This document shows, one piece after another, positions 63,678 to 64,000 of a stretch of 64,000 nt of DNA (its first letter is position 1; each line of letters starts with the position of its first letter). Source of the DNA: Spartobacteria bacterium (lineage in GTDB: Bacteria > Verrucomicrobiota > Verrucomicrobiia > Chthoniobacterales > UBA10450); NCBI GenBank assembly GCA_021325495.1, contig JAJPGZ010000012.1, positions 120,131 through 184,130 of the forward strand. Direction: 5' to 3'. The translations under genes were made by a program, and so were the position numbers. The notes beneath the pieces are model-generated. The model searched no databases, had not been told where the DNA came from, and worked only from the letters and a program-made list of their open reading frames with translations.

Positions 63678-64000
63678 CGAAGACAAAATCGAAGACGCGA
63701 TTCGCAATCCGCAAAACCTTGGCGAGATGAAGGACGCGGACGCGGTCGGCACTGTCGGGAGTGCTGATTGCGGCGACATGTTGCGCATGTGGATCAAGTT
63801 TCGCGAAGAAGACGGGAAAAAAGTGATCGATCGCGCGACCTTTCAATCGTTCGGATGTCAGACCGCGATCGCGGTCGCGAGTGTGGCGACGGAAATGTTG
63901 AAGGGGAAAACGCCGGAGGAAGCGAAGTCGATGTCGGGTGAAGAATTGTCGGCGCCGTTAGGGCCGTTGCCGCCGGTGAAAATTCATTGCGCGCAGTTGG
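63670..64000 (+). CDS. NifU/IscU-type Fe-S cluster scaffold (N-terminal domain), truncated by the window end
   Basis: GSADCGDML, FGCQTAIA and IHCAQL: the three scaffold cysteines. The ATG at 63670 overlaps the upstream stop. Confidence 0.8.
   Translation, partial: MPNEDKIEDAIRNPQNLGEMKDADAVGTVGSADCGDMLRMWIKFREEDGKKVIDRATFQSFGCQTAIAVASVATEMLKGKTPEEAKSMSGEELSAPLGPLPPVKIHCAQL

Overview
This is a gene-dense (~97% coding), ~58-60% GC chromosomal segment. I found no transposase, integrase, CRISPR or recognisable defence genes. The gene content suggests a Verrucomicrobiota-like Gram-negative bacterium, by inference only: an LpxC-FabZ fusion plus LpxA, a DUF1573/rhodanese/MauE triad, GH57 and GH63-like enzymes, a duplicated MacB/FtsX permease and GT39-type membrane glycosyltransferases. 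I call 64 protein genes (2 truncated at the window ends) and 2 tRNAs. They include the nusA-infB-rbfA-DHH-truB-ribF cluster, an ECF sigma/anti-sigma pair, aceB-aceA, DAHP synthase, prmA, recN, pilT plus a pilT/pilU paralogue, a hybrid histidine kinase, creD and rfbB/rfbD.

The outstanding signal is not a gene. Two short words saturate the window on both strands and in every permissible reading frame. TGTCGATCTT/AAGATCGACA has 123 exact copies where fewer than 0.1 are expected. CCTAACGA/TCGTTAGG has 60 exact copies where about 2 are expected. The 10-mer is 5-6 fold enriched in the ~2 kb of intergenic DNA. It forms recurrent head-to-tail pairs 15-16 bp apart and is sometimes embedded in 18-28 nt words shared by unrelated genes. 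This resembles the uptake-sequence / HIP1 class of genomic word systems, and I cannot match it to anything described.

Other items worth follow-up:
- A MerB-family gene is interrupted by a single in-frame TGA at the catalytic-Cys position, followed by a SECIS-like hairpin with a GGUC loop (candidate selenoprotein).
- Two hairpin-rich in-frame inserts lie inside prmA and a GH63-like gene.
- A perfect 17-bp inverted repeat built from the 10-mer lies inside a fused spmA/spmB-like gene.

All counts were made by eye. Coordinates of intragenic copies were cross-checked against reading frames, but a script should confirm them.
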